Source: Patescibacteria group bacterium
GTDB lineage: Bacteria; Patescibacteriota; Patescibacteriia; UM-FILTER-42-10
Direction: 5' to 3'
Length of the DNA: 64,000 bases
Assembly: GCA_041664365.1 (NCBI GenBank)
Contig: JBAYKW010000001.1
Coordinates: forward strand, 244,465 to 308,464
This document shows positions 19,282-28,278 of this stretch, one piece after another. Positions within the stretch are counted from its first letter, which is position 1; each line of letters opens with the position of its first letter. The position numbers and the translations under genes were made by a program. The notes beneath the pieces are model-generated. The model saw only the letters and a list, made by a program, of their open reading frames with translations. It was not told the DNA's origin and made no database searches.

Positions 19282-20052
19282 CTATTTCTTTACTTCTTCT
19301 TTTTCCTCAACCGGCTTTTCCTCCGAACTCTCCGATTCATTTTCCTCTTTTTTCGACTCCTTTTTCTTATCGTATGATTTCAAAAATTCAAAGTGATCAA
19401 CAAGGATGCTGGATGCACTTTTGAATACCTCTAAGGGAGTCAACGTTCCATCTGTCTCAATTTCCAGTGTTAGTTTATCGTAATTAGTCATTTTACCAAC
19501 ACGGACATTTTCTATATCAAATCTTGCTTTTAAAACCGGTGTAAATATTGCGTCAATTGCAATTACACCTATCTCATACTTTTCTTTGCCTCGTGCTTCC
19601 ACCGGAGAATAGCCGAGCCCGTTTTCTACAGTCAATTCCATATCAAGCTCTGCTGTCTTATCGGTAAGTGTTGCGATCACTAAATCCTTATTTGCAACCT
19701 TTACCTCTGCTGATTCTTTTATATCTGCAGCTGTAACTACTTTTTCACCCTTTACTTTCAGATGAACAACTCCGGTATCACCAGAAACAAGTTTGAGGCG
19801 TAGCTGTTTGATATTTAATATGATATCAACCACGTCTTCCTTCACATGTTTGATAGTGGAAAACTCATGATCGACACCTTTTATTTTGATACCGGTGACC
19901 GCTGACCCGGAAAGTGACGAAATAAGCACTCTCCGCAGGGCATTTCCGACAGTCAGACCATAACCAGGGTATAGTGGCTCTACCACGATAATCCCTGATT
20001 TATCATCTTTCTCAGTATACTTTATTTGTTGTGGTAGTTGGATTTCTGTCAT
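19282..20052 (-). CDS. rpoA: RNA polymerase alpha subunit lacking the alpha-CTD
   Basis: EPL.PGYG.TVGNALRR, HEFSTI..VKED, IDAIFTPV, YDKL.LEIETDG; ends in a Lys/Glu tail at 256 aa. Confidence 0.96.
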   Translation of the reverse strand: MTEIQLPQQIKYTEKDDKSGIIVVEPLYPGYGLTVGNALRRVLISSLSGSAVTGIKIKGVDHEFSTIKHVKEDVVDIILNIKQLRLKLVSGDTGVVHLKVKGEKVVTAADIKESAEVKVANKDLVIATLTDKTAELDMELTVENGLGYSPVEARGKEKYEIGVIAIDAIFTPVLKARFDIENVRVGKMTNYDKLTLEIETDGTLTPLEVFKSASSILVDHFEFLKSYDKKKESKKEENESESSEEKPVEEKEEVKK

Positions 20053-20079
20053 GTTTCTAGAAATTTAGTTATCAATTAT

Positions 20080-20706
20080 TTACCTAGAATAAAATTCTAT
20101 AATTAAAGGAATATTTAAAGTTTGTTTCACCTGGTCATAAACAGGTTTCCCCATAACTTTTGCCTTTAGCTCCTTTAAATCACATTCCAGCCAAGATGGC
20201 GTATCATTTTTTTGTGTTTTTTTATCAAGATTTTCAAATATCTTTTTACTGGAACTTTTAATTGATATTGTATCACCGACGCTTATGTTATATGAAGGAA
20301 TATTTACCTTTTTATCATTAACCAAGATATGATTATGAGATACCAGTTGTCTGGCGACACCTCTGGATTGTGCAAAACCAAGTCTGTAAACTACATTATC
20401 CAGTCTTGATTCAAGCAATGTCATAAGGTTTTCTCCACTATCCCCCGGATTCCTCATTGCTTTCTGGACGTAATTCCTGAATTGCTTTTCAAGAATTGCA
20501 TAGATGGTTTTAACCTTCTGCTTTTCTCTCAATTGAATTCCATACTGACTCTTACGTGATTGCTGTTGCTTCGGGCCGTGCATTCCCGGTGGATAATTTC
20601 TTTTCAGCATAGGGCATTTTGGCGAAAAACACTTTTCTCCCTTAAGAAACAGTTTTTCACCTTCTCTTCTACATCTTTTGCATTTTGGATCAAGATTTCT
20701 TGCCAT
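20080..20706 (-). CDS. rpsD: 30S ribosomal protein S4
   Basis: CKRCRREG, PPGMHG, QLREKQK, LESRLDNVVYRLG, IIEFYSR. Confidence 0.98.
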   Translation of the reverse strand: MARNLDPKCKRCRREGEKLFLKGEKCFSPKCPMLKRNYPPGMHGPKQQQSRKSQYGIQLREKQKVKTIYAILEKQFRNYVQKAMRNPGDSGENLMTLLESRLDNVVYRLGFAQSRGVARQLVSHNHILVNDKKVNIPSYNISVGDTISIKSSSKKIFENLDKKTQKNDTPSWLECDLKELKAKVMGKPVYDQVKQTLNIPLIIEFYSR

Positions 20707-20709
20707 TTT

Positions 20710-21099
20710 TTATACTCTCCTTGGTTTACGTGATCTTGGACCGTTGTGAGGAATTGGTGTAACATCTTTGATCGACAATATTGTGATACCCTGCGCACTA
20801 AATGCACGGATAGCTGCTTCCCGCCCGTTACCCACTCCTTTTACATAGACATCAACTTCTCTCAATCCGCAATCTGCTACTTTTTCCAGTAAACTACGGA
20901 CGATTACACCCGCAGCATACGGAGTCGCTTTTTTTGGACCCTTGAAACCGGAAAGTCCGGATGAAGCCCAAGCAACTACAGCACCCGCAGGATCAGTTAA
21001 TGTGATAATTGTATTATTATAAGTAGCCTGAATATGTACTTTTCCGGTGGTTAGTACTCTGTTCTTTTTCTTTCGTTTTATAGGTTTTGCAGTTGCCAT
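20710..21099 (-). CDS. rpsK: 30S ribosomal protein S11
   Basis: YNNTIIT, KATPYAA, DVTPIPHNG.R. Confidence 0.98.
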   Translation of the reverse strand: MATAKPIKRKKKNRVLTTGKVHIQATYNNTIITLTDPAGAVVAWASSGLSGFKGPKKATPYAAGVIVRSLLEKVADCGLREVDVYVKGVGNGREAAIRAFSAQGITILSIKDVTPIPHNGPRSRKPRRV

Positions 21100-21109
21100 T
21101 GTATTTTAA

Positions 21110-21499
21110 TTATGTTTTTTGATCCGCAACTTTTCTACCGCTTCCGACTGTTTTTCTTACATTTCCACGAACAGTCCTGGTGTTAGTCTTTGTTCTCTGT
21201 CCGCGTACAGGAAGCCCCTTTGCGTGCCTGGAACCACGATAGCTGCCGGTTTCTTTCAGTCTTTTAATATTTGTTAAAACTTCTCTTTTTAAATCACCTT
21301 CAACTCTGTAATTTTTCTCAATAATTTCTCTGAGTACATTCGCCTGGTCATCGGTTAATTCATGAGTGCGCATTCCCGGCTTTATGTTTGCCTGTTTTAA
21401 TATTTTTCTTGACAACACTCTGCCAATACCAAAAATATATGTTAGTGATATTTCGATTACTTTTTCCTTTGGTAGTGTAACCCCGGCTATTCTTGCCAT
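21110..21499 (-). CDS. rpsM: 30S ribosomal protein S13
   Basis: [29 protein letters not shown]; start at 21499. Confidence 0.98.
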   Translation of the reverse strand: MARIAGVTLPKEKVIEISLTYIFGIGRVLSRKILKQANIKPGMRTHELTDDQANVLREIIEKNYRVEGDLKREVLTNIKRLKETGSYRGSRHAKGLPVRGQRTKTNTRTVRGNVRKTVGSGRKVADQKT

Positions 21500-21503
21500 A
21501 TTT

Positions 21504-21617
21504 TTATCCTTGTCGTTGTTTATGTTTAGGATTTTCGCATTTAACAACCACTCTACCTTTTCGGCGAGTTACCTTGCATTTCATGCACATTTTTTTTACT
21601 GAAGCGCGTACTTTCAT
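21504..21617 (-). CDS. rpmJ: 50S ribosomal protein L36, Zn-binding form (absent from the ORF track)
   Basis: Translates as [37 protein letters not shown]. Confidence 0.97.
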   Translation of the reverse strand: MKVRASVKKMCMKCKVTRRKGRVVVKCENPKHKQRQG

Positions 21618-21626
21618 GTATTTAAA

Positions 21627-21902
21627 CTATTTTCTGTAAGTTATTCTTCCTTTTGTTAGGTCGTATGGTGTAAGTTCAACGGTAACTTCATCACCCGGTA
21701 AAATTCTTATCCGATGCATTCGCATTTTTCCGGACAAATGAGCCAGAATTTCATGACCATTCTCAAGTTTTACCTTGAATGTTGTGCTCGGCAGCAGTTC
21801 TTCTACAACTCCGGATACTTCAATAAAACCTTTTTTATTTGCCGAAGAATTTTTTCTGACCCTATCGTCAGAAGTATTTGCGTTCTGAATTGTATCAGGC
21901 AT
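21627..21902 (-). CDS. infA: translation initiation factor IF-1 with N-terminal extension
   Basis: [17 protein letters not shown]...[24 protein letters not shown]. Confidence 0.96.
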   Translation of the reverse strand: MPDTIQNANTSDDRVRKNSSANKKGFIEVSGVVEELLPSTTFKVKLENGHEILAHLSGKMRMHRIRILPGDEVTVELTPYDLTKGRITYRK

Positions 21903-22020
21903 ATTATATTTTAGACCTAAAATAAAATTCTTTGTCCCTGCACATAGGACAAGAAATAATACAACTGTATTGAATTTGCCTTGTTCTGCAGTAACTCATC
22001 TATATTCATAAGCAGATTTC

Positions 22021-22048
22021 ATTATAACATGAGTTATAATACTGTCAA
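22021..22048 (-). promoter_or_regulatory. consensus sigma70 promoter of the infA-rpsI operon
   Basis: TTGACA-16bp-TATAAT with extended TG; overlapped by an 8-bp inverted repeat. Confidence 0.75.
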
Positions 22049-22086
22049 GGAAGTTCACAAAATGGCTAATATTAGTATTAATTAAG

Positions 22087-23850
22087 CTATTCAACCTTGG
22101 CTTTTATTCTTCTAATTCCAGCTGATACAGCCTGCTCGCTAATTATTTTAAAGTTACCCAACTCTTTTGTATTGTTTACGTGCGGTCCACCACATACTTC
22201 CATACTAAAATCACCCACTTCATATACTTTGACTCTTTCCCCATATTTTGACTCAAACAGACCGATTGCATTCTTCTTTTTTGCTTCTTCTAAAGTTATT
22301 TCAGTGAATTTTACCGGCAATTCTCGCTTAATTTGTTCATTTACTAGATTTTCAACCTGAACAATTTCTTCCGGCAAAAGCTTCTGGGAATGGGAAAAAT
22401 CAAATCTCAGGCGCTCTGGAGTTATATTACTGCCTTTTTGTGCTACATGATCACCTAAAATGAGGCGAAGTGCCTTATGTAATAAGTGAGTTGCAGTGTG
22501 AAGCTTCACAGTTTCCTCTGAATGGTCTATTAATCCACCGGCAAATTTTTTTTCCGCACCTTTCCTGGAAAGCTGCTGATGTTTACGGTATTCCATATCG
22601 AACTGATCTTGGTCAATTTCAATATTATGCTCTTTCAATTCCTCTGCGATCATTTCAATCGGAAAACCGTATGTTTGGTATAGATAAAAAGCGGTTTTTC
22701 CTGAGAACTTTTTTTTCTTTTGATCCGAAATGCTAAAAATACCCAGCTCCTTTTCAAAGACTTTTAATCCGTTTTGCAGCGTTTTAGCAAAATTTTCCTC
22801 TTCTCTCTGTAGTTCCTCTAAAATAAATTTAGAATTTTCAACAATCTCCGGATATGCATCTTTGTGTGATTCAATAATTGTTTCAGCCAGTTGTCTTGTA
22901 AAATAATTTTCTATTCCCAATTTTCTTGCCTGCCTGATCGCTCGTCTGATCAGTCTGCGCAAGACATAACCCTGATCAATATTGGAAGGCACAATTCCCT
23001 CATGCAGAATGAAACAGGCGGATCTAATATGGTCAGCTATTATCCGTTCTGATGTATTACTCGATTTTTTCGATAATTTTCGGATATCCTCAAGTACCCG
23101 GGCAAACATATCAATTTCAAATACAGTTTCCTTTCCGCTATAGATTGCGACCATCCTTTCCATACCCATCCCGGTGTCAACATTTTTCTGGGCCATTGGT
23201 TCATATTCGCCACTAGTATTTTTATTGTATTCCATGAATACGTTATTCCAAATCTCAGCATATTTCCCGCAGCTACAGCTCGGCTGACAATTTTCACCAC
23301 AAGGCTTGCGGTCAGTTATATAAAATATTTCTGTATCCGGTCCGCATGGTCCTGTTGTGCCGGCGGGACCCCACCAGTTTTCTTCCTTTCCGTACATATA
23401 AATATTCTTTTCATCAATACCGCACTTTTTCCATAATTCATAACTGTCATTATCAAGGGGAGCATCTTCATCACCTTTAAACACGGTAACAGCCAATTTA
23501 TTCACCGGAATACTAAGATTTTTCACCAGAAATTCAAAACTCCACTTTATCGCGTCATCTTTGAAATAATCACCTAATGACCAGTTGCCAAGCATCTCAA
23601 AAAAAGTAAGATGCCAGTCATCACCAACTTCATCAATGTCTACAGTCCGAATGCATTTTTGAAAATTAACCAGGCGCTTGCCTTCAGGGTGTGATTGACC
23701 AAGTAAATAGGGCACTAAAGGATGCATACCGGCAGTTGTGAACAATACAGACGGGTCATTTTCCGGAATCAAAGAAGCCGGACTAATAATCGCATGGTTT
23801 TTGTCCTTGAAATACTCTAAGAATTTATTACGCAGTTGCTGTTCTTTCAT
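22087..23850 (-). CDS. alaS: alanine--tRNA ligase, short form without C-Ala
   Basis: LFTTAGM, HLTFFEMLGN, EIWN.VF, DTGMGMER, HTATHLLH, EVCGGPHV; start at 23850. Confidence 0.96.
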   Translation of the reverse strand: MKEQQLRNKFLEYFKDKNHAIISPASLIPENDPSVLFTTAGMHPLVPYLLGQSHPEGKRLVNFQKCIRTVDIDEVGDDWHLTFFEMLGNWSLGDYFKDDAIKWSFEFLVKNLSIPVNKLAVTVFKGDEDAPLDNDSYELWKKCGIDEKNIYMYGKEENWWGPAGTTGPCGPDTEIFYITDRKPCGENCQPSCSCGKYAEIWNNVFMEYNKNTSGEYEPMAQKNVDTGMGMERMVAIYSGKETVFEIDMFARVLEDIRKLSKKSSNTSERIIADHIRSACFILHEGIVPSNIDQGYVLRRLIRRAIRQARKLGIENYFTRQLAETIIESHKDAYPEIVENSKFILEELQREEENFAKTLQNGLKVFEKELGIFSISDQKKKKFSGKTAFYLYQTYGFPIEMIAEELKEHNIEIDQDQFDMEYRKHQQLSRKGAEKKFAGGLIDHSEETVKLHTATHLLHKALRLILGDHVAQKGSNITPERLRFDFSHSQKLLPEEIVQVENLVNEQIKRELPVKFTEITLEEAKKKNAIGLFESKYGERVKVYEVGDFSMEVCGGPHVNNTKELGNFKIISEQAVSAGIRRIKAKVE

Positions 23851-23881
23851 ATGATGATTGTACAATATGTCATAGTCAGTA

Positions 23882-24994
23882 TCAAGTTATCACAGCGCTT
23901 CCAATTAGAACGTTGCGATCGTAAAATACAATTGATTGGCCGGGGGTTATTGCCCTCTGCTTTTCATTAAATTCAGCGAACAAAACATTTTTACCTACTT
24001 TTGTAATTGTAACCTTTTGGTCTGTCTGCCGGTATCTTATTTTTGCCGTGCATTTGTAAGGGTATTTTGGCTCACGATCGATCCAATGAATGTTATCCGC
24101 TGTTAGTGTCCTGCAAAATAATTTCGGATTAAGACTACCTTTTGCAACAATCAGTTCATTTGCGTTTGAATCTTTTGCCACAACATAATACGGAATACCG
24201 CCCCCAATATTTATTCCTTTTCTTTGCCCAATGGTGTAAAACGGCAATCCGATGTGTTTGCCGATAATTTCACCGGTTGTTGTTCTAATTTCACCGGGAT
24301 TTTCTTTTATGCGGATTTTTAGAAATTCTCTCAAATCAACTTCACCGATAAAACAAATACCCTGACTGTCTTTCTTATCATGAGTCGATAGCCCAATCTT
24401 TTTTGCAATGGACCGAATATTTGTCTTAGAATAACTTCCGACTGGAAAAAGTGTTTTTGAAAGCTGAAACTGATTTAGCGTGCATAAAAAGTATGATTGG
24501 TCTTTATTACTATCTTTGCTCTTAAGCAATTGAAATTTTTCTCCTGTTTCAGCGGACGGAACATTCCGAATTTGAGCATAGTGCCCAGTTGCAATATAGT
24601 CAGCACCCAGCTGGAAACATTTTTCTAAAAATATTTTAAATTTAATCTCTTTGTTGCACATGATATCAGGATTCGGTGTTATACCTTTCCTGTAGCTGTC
24701 ATAAAAATATTCAATTACTTTATCCTTATATTCTTTTTCAAAATCAAAAGTATAAAAAGGGATGTTTAATTTGGCACAGACTTTTCTCATATCCCTTTGA
24801 TCAGCTATCCAAGGGCAAAGATTTTCATTCGTATTTATCAAATTTGCATCGCTAACCATAGTTTCGGTCCAGTTCTTCATAAATACGCCAACTACATCAT
24901 GACCGGCCTTTTTAAGCAAATAGGCGGCAACTGATGAGTCAACGCCTCCACTCATTCCGACAAATACTCTATACTTTTTAGATAGCTTTTTCAT
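23882..24994 (-). CDS. mnmA: tRNA U34 2-thiouridylase
   Basis: SGGVDS, TPNPDIMCN, ATGHY, KDQSYFL, DSQGICFIG, TIGQRKG, TPGQ; start at 24994. Confidence 0.97.
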   Translation of the reverse strand: MKKLSKKYRVFVGMSGGVDSSVAAYLLKKAGHDVVGVFMKNWTETMVSDANLINTNENLCPWIADQRDMRKVCAKLNIPFYTFDFEKEYKDKVIEYFYDSYRKGITPNPDIMCNKEIKFKIFLEKCFQLGADYIATGHYAQIRNVPSAETGEKFQLLKSKDSNKDQSYFLCTLNQFQLSKTLFPVGSYSKTNIRSIAKKIGLSTHDKKDSQGICFIGEVDLREFLKIRIKENPGEIRTTTGEIIGKHIGLPFYTIGQRKGINIGGGIPYYVVAKDSNANELIVAKGSLNPKLFCRTLTADNIHWIDREPKYPYKCTAKIRYRQTDQKVTITKVGKNVLFAEFNEKQRAITPGQSIVFYDRNVLIGSAVIT

Positions 24995-25070
24995 AATTAT
25001 GGTTATATTGTATGAACTAAGATATACCAAAAACCCAAGTGTTTTGCAAATGGGTTCTCAATACTTAAAC

Positions 25071-26843
25071 CTAGTCCAATTTTATACTTTGCCCCTGTTT
25101 CATCACATGTTCAGTTGATGTATTCTGACTTTTCTGACCATCCTGTCCTTTCAGTTCAATATGGGGCATCGGTTTATTAACAGACGGCGGATTGAAATTT
25201 TTTCTTTTTTTCTTTTTGCGATTATTACTATTTCTATGATTTGCATTCTGATTTGGTTCTGTATTTCGTTTCATAGCATCACTGAAGGATATCGGGCCCT
25301 GCTGAAGCGCATCATTTAAGTTAATCTCAGTAGGTGGAATATCAATCTCCGGCTCAACTTTTGGATCGACCAATACCTTCTCAGGCACCTGAACATTTAC
25401 AACGGGCTCGGACGGCTTCTCCGTTATTCTGACTACTGATTTAATCTTAGGGGTTTCGGTTTTGGCAACAGGTGCGATTTGAGCACTTGTTGATTGCCTG
25501 GGTTTCTGAATTTCACTTTCATTTTCTGCAGATGCTTTATACATTTCTTCAACACCGCTCCATCTTAATATTTTTTCTTCAACTACTGCCACAGGTCTTG
25601 CATATCTTTCACGCGAGGAAACAATAATCTTGTTCAAATTTCCGGTCTCACCCTCAATTGGTGGCAGTATCGTTGCGCTAAAAGGCGCTGAAGCGACTCC
25701 ATCAATCATTAATTTCAGGTAAACATTATATTTTGGCAGGTTTACCAGATCGTTTAGTAGAAAATACGGCTCAAATTCCTTTTCCAAAAATTCCGCATCC
25801 TCAGCTCCGACCCTGAAGCAGATTATAGTTCCTACGTTGCCGAATACCGCGGCTTTAACCACATCACCCAGCTGTTCTATGTACTGATGAGCAATAGTTA
25901 AATTCAATCGGTATTTTCTTGCTTCTGAAAGTATATTTGCAAAGCTTTCCGTAGAAAAGTTCTGGAATTCGTCAACATACAAATAAAAATCTTCCCTTGT
26001 CTCTTCAGCAATATCCACCCTGCTCATTGCCGCCAGTTGAAGTTTTGTTATCATCATTGCGCCAAGTAAAGCTGAGTTTTCTTCACCAATTCTTCCTTTC
26101 GCAAGATTCATAAGCAGGATTTTTTTTGTGTCCATAATGACTCTCATATCGATAGTACTTTTTGGCTGTCCAACAATATTCCGAATGATTGAACTGGAAA
26201 GAAATTGTCCTACCTTGTTTTGAATCGGTGAAATCGCTTCTGTTCTAAACCGTTCATTATAGTTTGCATATTCATCAACCCAAAATGCTTTGACGATCGG
26301 GTCGGTCAGATTTGATATAATCTTTTTACGATAATTTTTATCAACCAGTAATCTGGTTATACCCAGTAGCGTACTTCCCGGATTTTCCAGCAAAGCCAGG
26401 ATGGTATTCATTAAAATGTATTCTAGTCTTGGCCCCCATGAATCCGCCCATATCTTCTTGAAAACACCAACCAGCCCGGATGCTATCAAATTTTTATATT
26501 GTGGATTTACTTCTTCAAGTATATTAAAAGCAATCGGATGTTCTGTATCAGATGGATTGAAGTAAACAACATCATTAATTCTATTGGACGGAATAAATTT
26601 AATTACTTTTTCAACCGATTCTCCGTGCGGATCCACGAGCGCAACTCCCCTGCCTCGGTGAATATCAGAAATCACCATGTTTTCAATACAGTTTGATTTA
26701 CCGACACCGGTTTTTCCGATCAGATAGACGTGGCGCCTCCGGTCATCTTCTTTGATACCAAAACGGACTCTTTTATTACGAAAGTTCGTCTCCGCAAAAA
26801 CTGTTATATCATTGTGATTCGGCATTTGTTGGTTCCTCGTCAT
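25071..26843 (-). CDS. TraD/VirD4/HerA-like (DUF87) P-loop ATPase
   Basis: DRRRHVYLIGKTGVGKS, DPHG, LYVDEFQNF, SEARKY.L.L..AHQY..QL; low-complexity C-terminal tail. Confidence 0.85.
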   Translation of the reverse strand: MTRNQQMPNHNDITVFAETNFRNKRVRFGIKEDDRRRHVYLIGKTGVGKSNCIENMVISDIHRGRGVALVDPHGESVEKVIKFIPSNRINDVVYFNPSDTEHPIAFNILEEVNPQYKNLIASGLVGVFKKIWADSWGPRLEYILMNTILALLENPGSTLLGITRLLVDKNYRKKIISNLTDPIVKAFWVDEYANYNERFRTEAISPIQNKVGQFLSSSIIRNIVGQPKSTIDMRVIMDTKKILLMNLAKGRIGEENSALLGAMMITKLQLAAMSRVDIAEETREDFYLYVDEFQNFSTESFANILSEARKYRLNLTIAHQYIEQLGDVVKAAVFGNVGTIICFRVGAEDAEFLEKEFEPYFLLNDLVNLPKYNVYLKLMIDGVASAPFSATILPPIEGETGNLNKIIVSSRERYARPVAVVEEKILRWSGVEEMYKASAENESEIQKPRQSTSAQIAPVAKTETPKIKSVVRITEKPSEPVVNVQVPEKVLVDPKVEPEIDIPPTEINLNDALQQGPISFSDAMKRNTEPNQNANHRNSNNRKKKKRKNFNPPSVNKPMPHIELKGQDGQKSQNTSTEHVMKQGQSIKLD

Positions 26844-28272
26844 TAATAATCTCTATCGGCAAATTGCCCGGTACCCCGGCTCTAGACATTGGTCGGGTAG
26901 CTGTATATCCAACTTCAGATTTTTGATTTGGCAAAGTTGGAATCCCGGTTGTAGACATTGATTCACGCGGTAATGTTGTTGGGGCACCACCTTTTCTAAC
27001 ATCGGTCCTCTGTACCGGCGGGACTGTGATTGTTGCAATTGGAAAATGATAGATACTCGCCAGTTCCTCAATATTTAAAATAAATCCGAGTCCCATTCCC
27101 AAATGATTCGCACGTTGTTTATATGCTCTCAAAATCTTTCTTTGTTTATGGGCCAAACGCTTTTCCACCCTGATATAGTCTGCCTTGGTCCTTGTCCTTT
27201 TATGTGGCTTAAAGGCGTTAAGATTCAGAGTATTGTACTGCATTAGTCCACCAATAACAGGATTAACTCCCCTTTTCCGATCAAATATTTCCTTTTTTGC
27301 CACGTATATCAGCCTAATTTTAGTGCGGAATGCGATTTTTGACATTTTTTCCTGGATTGCTTCTACCGCCCCTCTTGCTCCAGGGGTTAGAAACTGCATC
27401 TGGCTTTTTGGCTGTTTATCTGGCTCGCTTTTAACGGTACTTGTACCTCCGCCCAGAATCTGGTTTGATGCTTCGTCACCAAAACCTTTCAAGGTATCCG
27501 TGATAGGTGAAAGAACACCAAATGCGCTTTTCTTCGGTGCCACCTTCTCTCCAACCAACTTCTTAACGACACGATCTGCGCTTTCCGTCCATGAAGAGCT
27601 GACCGGAGTGATAACAATTTGGATCCATGTTTGCTCACCGGGCTGTAATCTTGATAGTCCTTCAAGAATCGACGCCATCGGATCGGCAAATGTCTGACTT
27701 AATGTGTGCTCAAAGTTTTTATAGGTCCGAATCGGGTATGCTTCTTTTTTTTCTAGTGTGAATTCAGTTCCCCATAAATCAAACACATCGCTTGGAAATA
27801 CTGTCGGTATTGAATCCGTGTAGTCGCCGACTTCAGTTATTTCAGCATCTGGATACTGCGCGTAAATCGCTGATTCGATAAGATCACGATTATCTTTGTC
27901 AGATCTTATTAAATACTGTATATAACCGTCAATACTTACCAATTCCAACGAAAATCTTTCCTGCACTTTTCCTTTCCAGTATCGCTCGTATTTATTCCCT
28001 TTTGAGTGAATTGCATAAAGTTGGGCAAATATTTGTTCCACGGCAACCAGAGTCTGCTCATGCATTCTTGGTATATCCAGGGCAAGCAGAATTTGTTCCT
28101 TTGAATTGCGGTACTTATGCCTCGCCATTTCAAGTTTCGCGATATATAGACCGACTATAAAAAGTATCAATATTGCTATCCACCCACCATTCAGAAAAAT
28201 CCACCATGCAATTGCAAGCGGATTCTGTAGACCACCACCAAGCACCGATGTTGTATCTATCGTGATTTCCAT
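26809..28272 (-). CDS. membrane-anchored partner of the TraD-like ATPase
   Basis: N-terminal TM, FSLELVS..G.IQY, IYAQYPDAEI.EV.DY, YPIRTY, LNIEELASIYHFP; overlaps the ATPase start. Confidence 0.75.
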   Translation of the reverse strand: MEITIDTTSVLGGGLQNPLAIAWWIFLNGGWIAILILFIVGLYIAKLEMARHKYRNSKEQILLALDIPRMHEQTLVAVEQIFAQLYAIHSKGNKYERYWKGKVQERFSLELVSIDGYIQYLIRSDKDNRDLIESAIYAQYPDAEITEVGDYTDSIPTVFPSDVFDLWGTEFTLEKKEAYPIRTYKNFEHTLSQTFADPMASILEGLSRLQPGEQTWIQIVITPVSSSWTESADRVVKKLVGEKVAPKKSAFGVLSPITDTLKGFGDEASNQILGGGTSTVKSEPDKQPKSQMQFLTPGARGAVEAIQEKMSKIAFRTKIRLIYVAKKEIFDRKRGVNPVIGGLMQYNTLNLNAFKPHKRTRTKADYIRVEKRLAHKQRKILRAYKQRANHLGMGLGFILNIEELASIYHFPIATITVPPVQRTDVRKGGAPTTLPRESMSTTGIPTLPNQKSEVGYTATRPMSRAGVPGNLPIEIINDEEPTNAESQ

Positions 28273-28278
28273 ACTAAA

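Noticed and set aside
25071-28272. Integrative conjugative element
   Set aside because: No integrase, relaxase, att repeats or obvious compositional shift; flanked by core genes.
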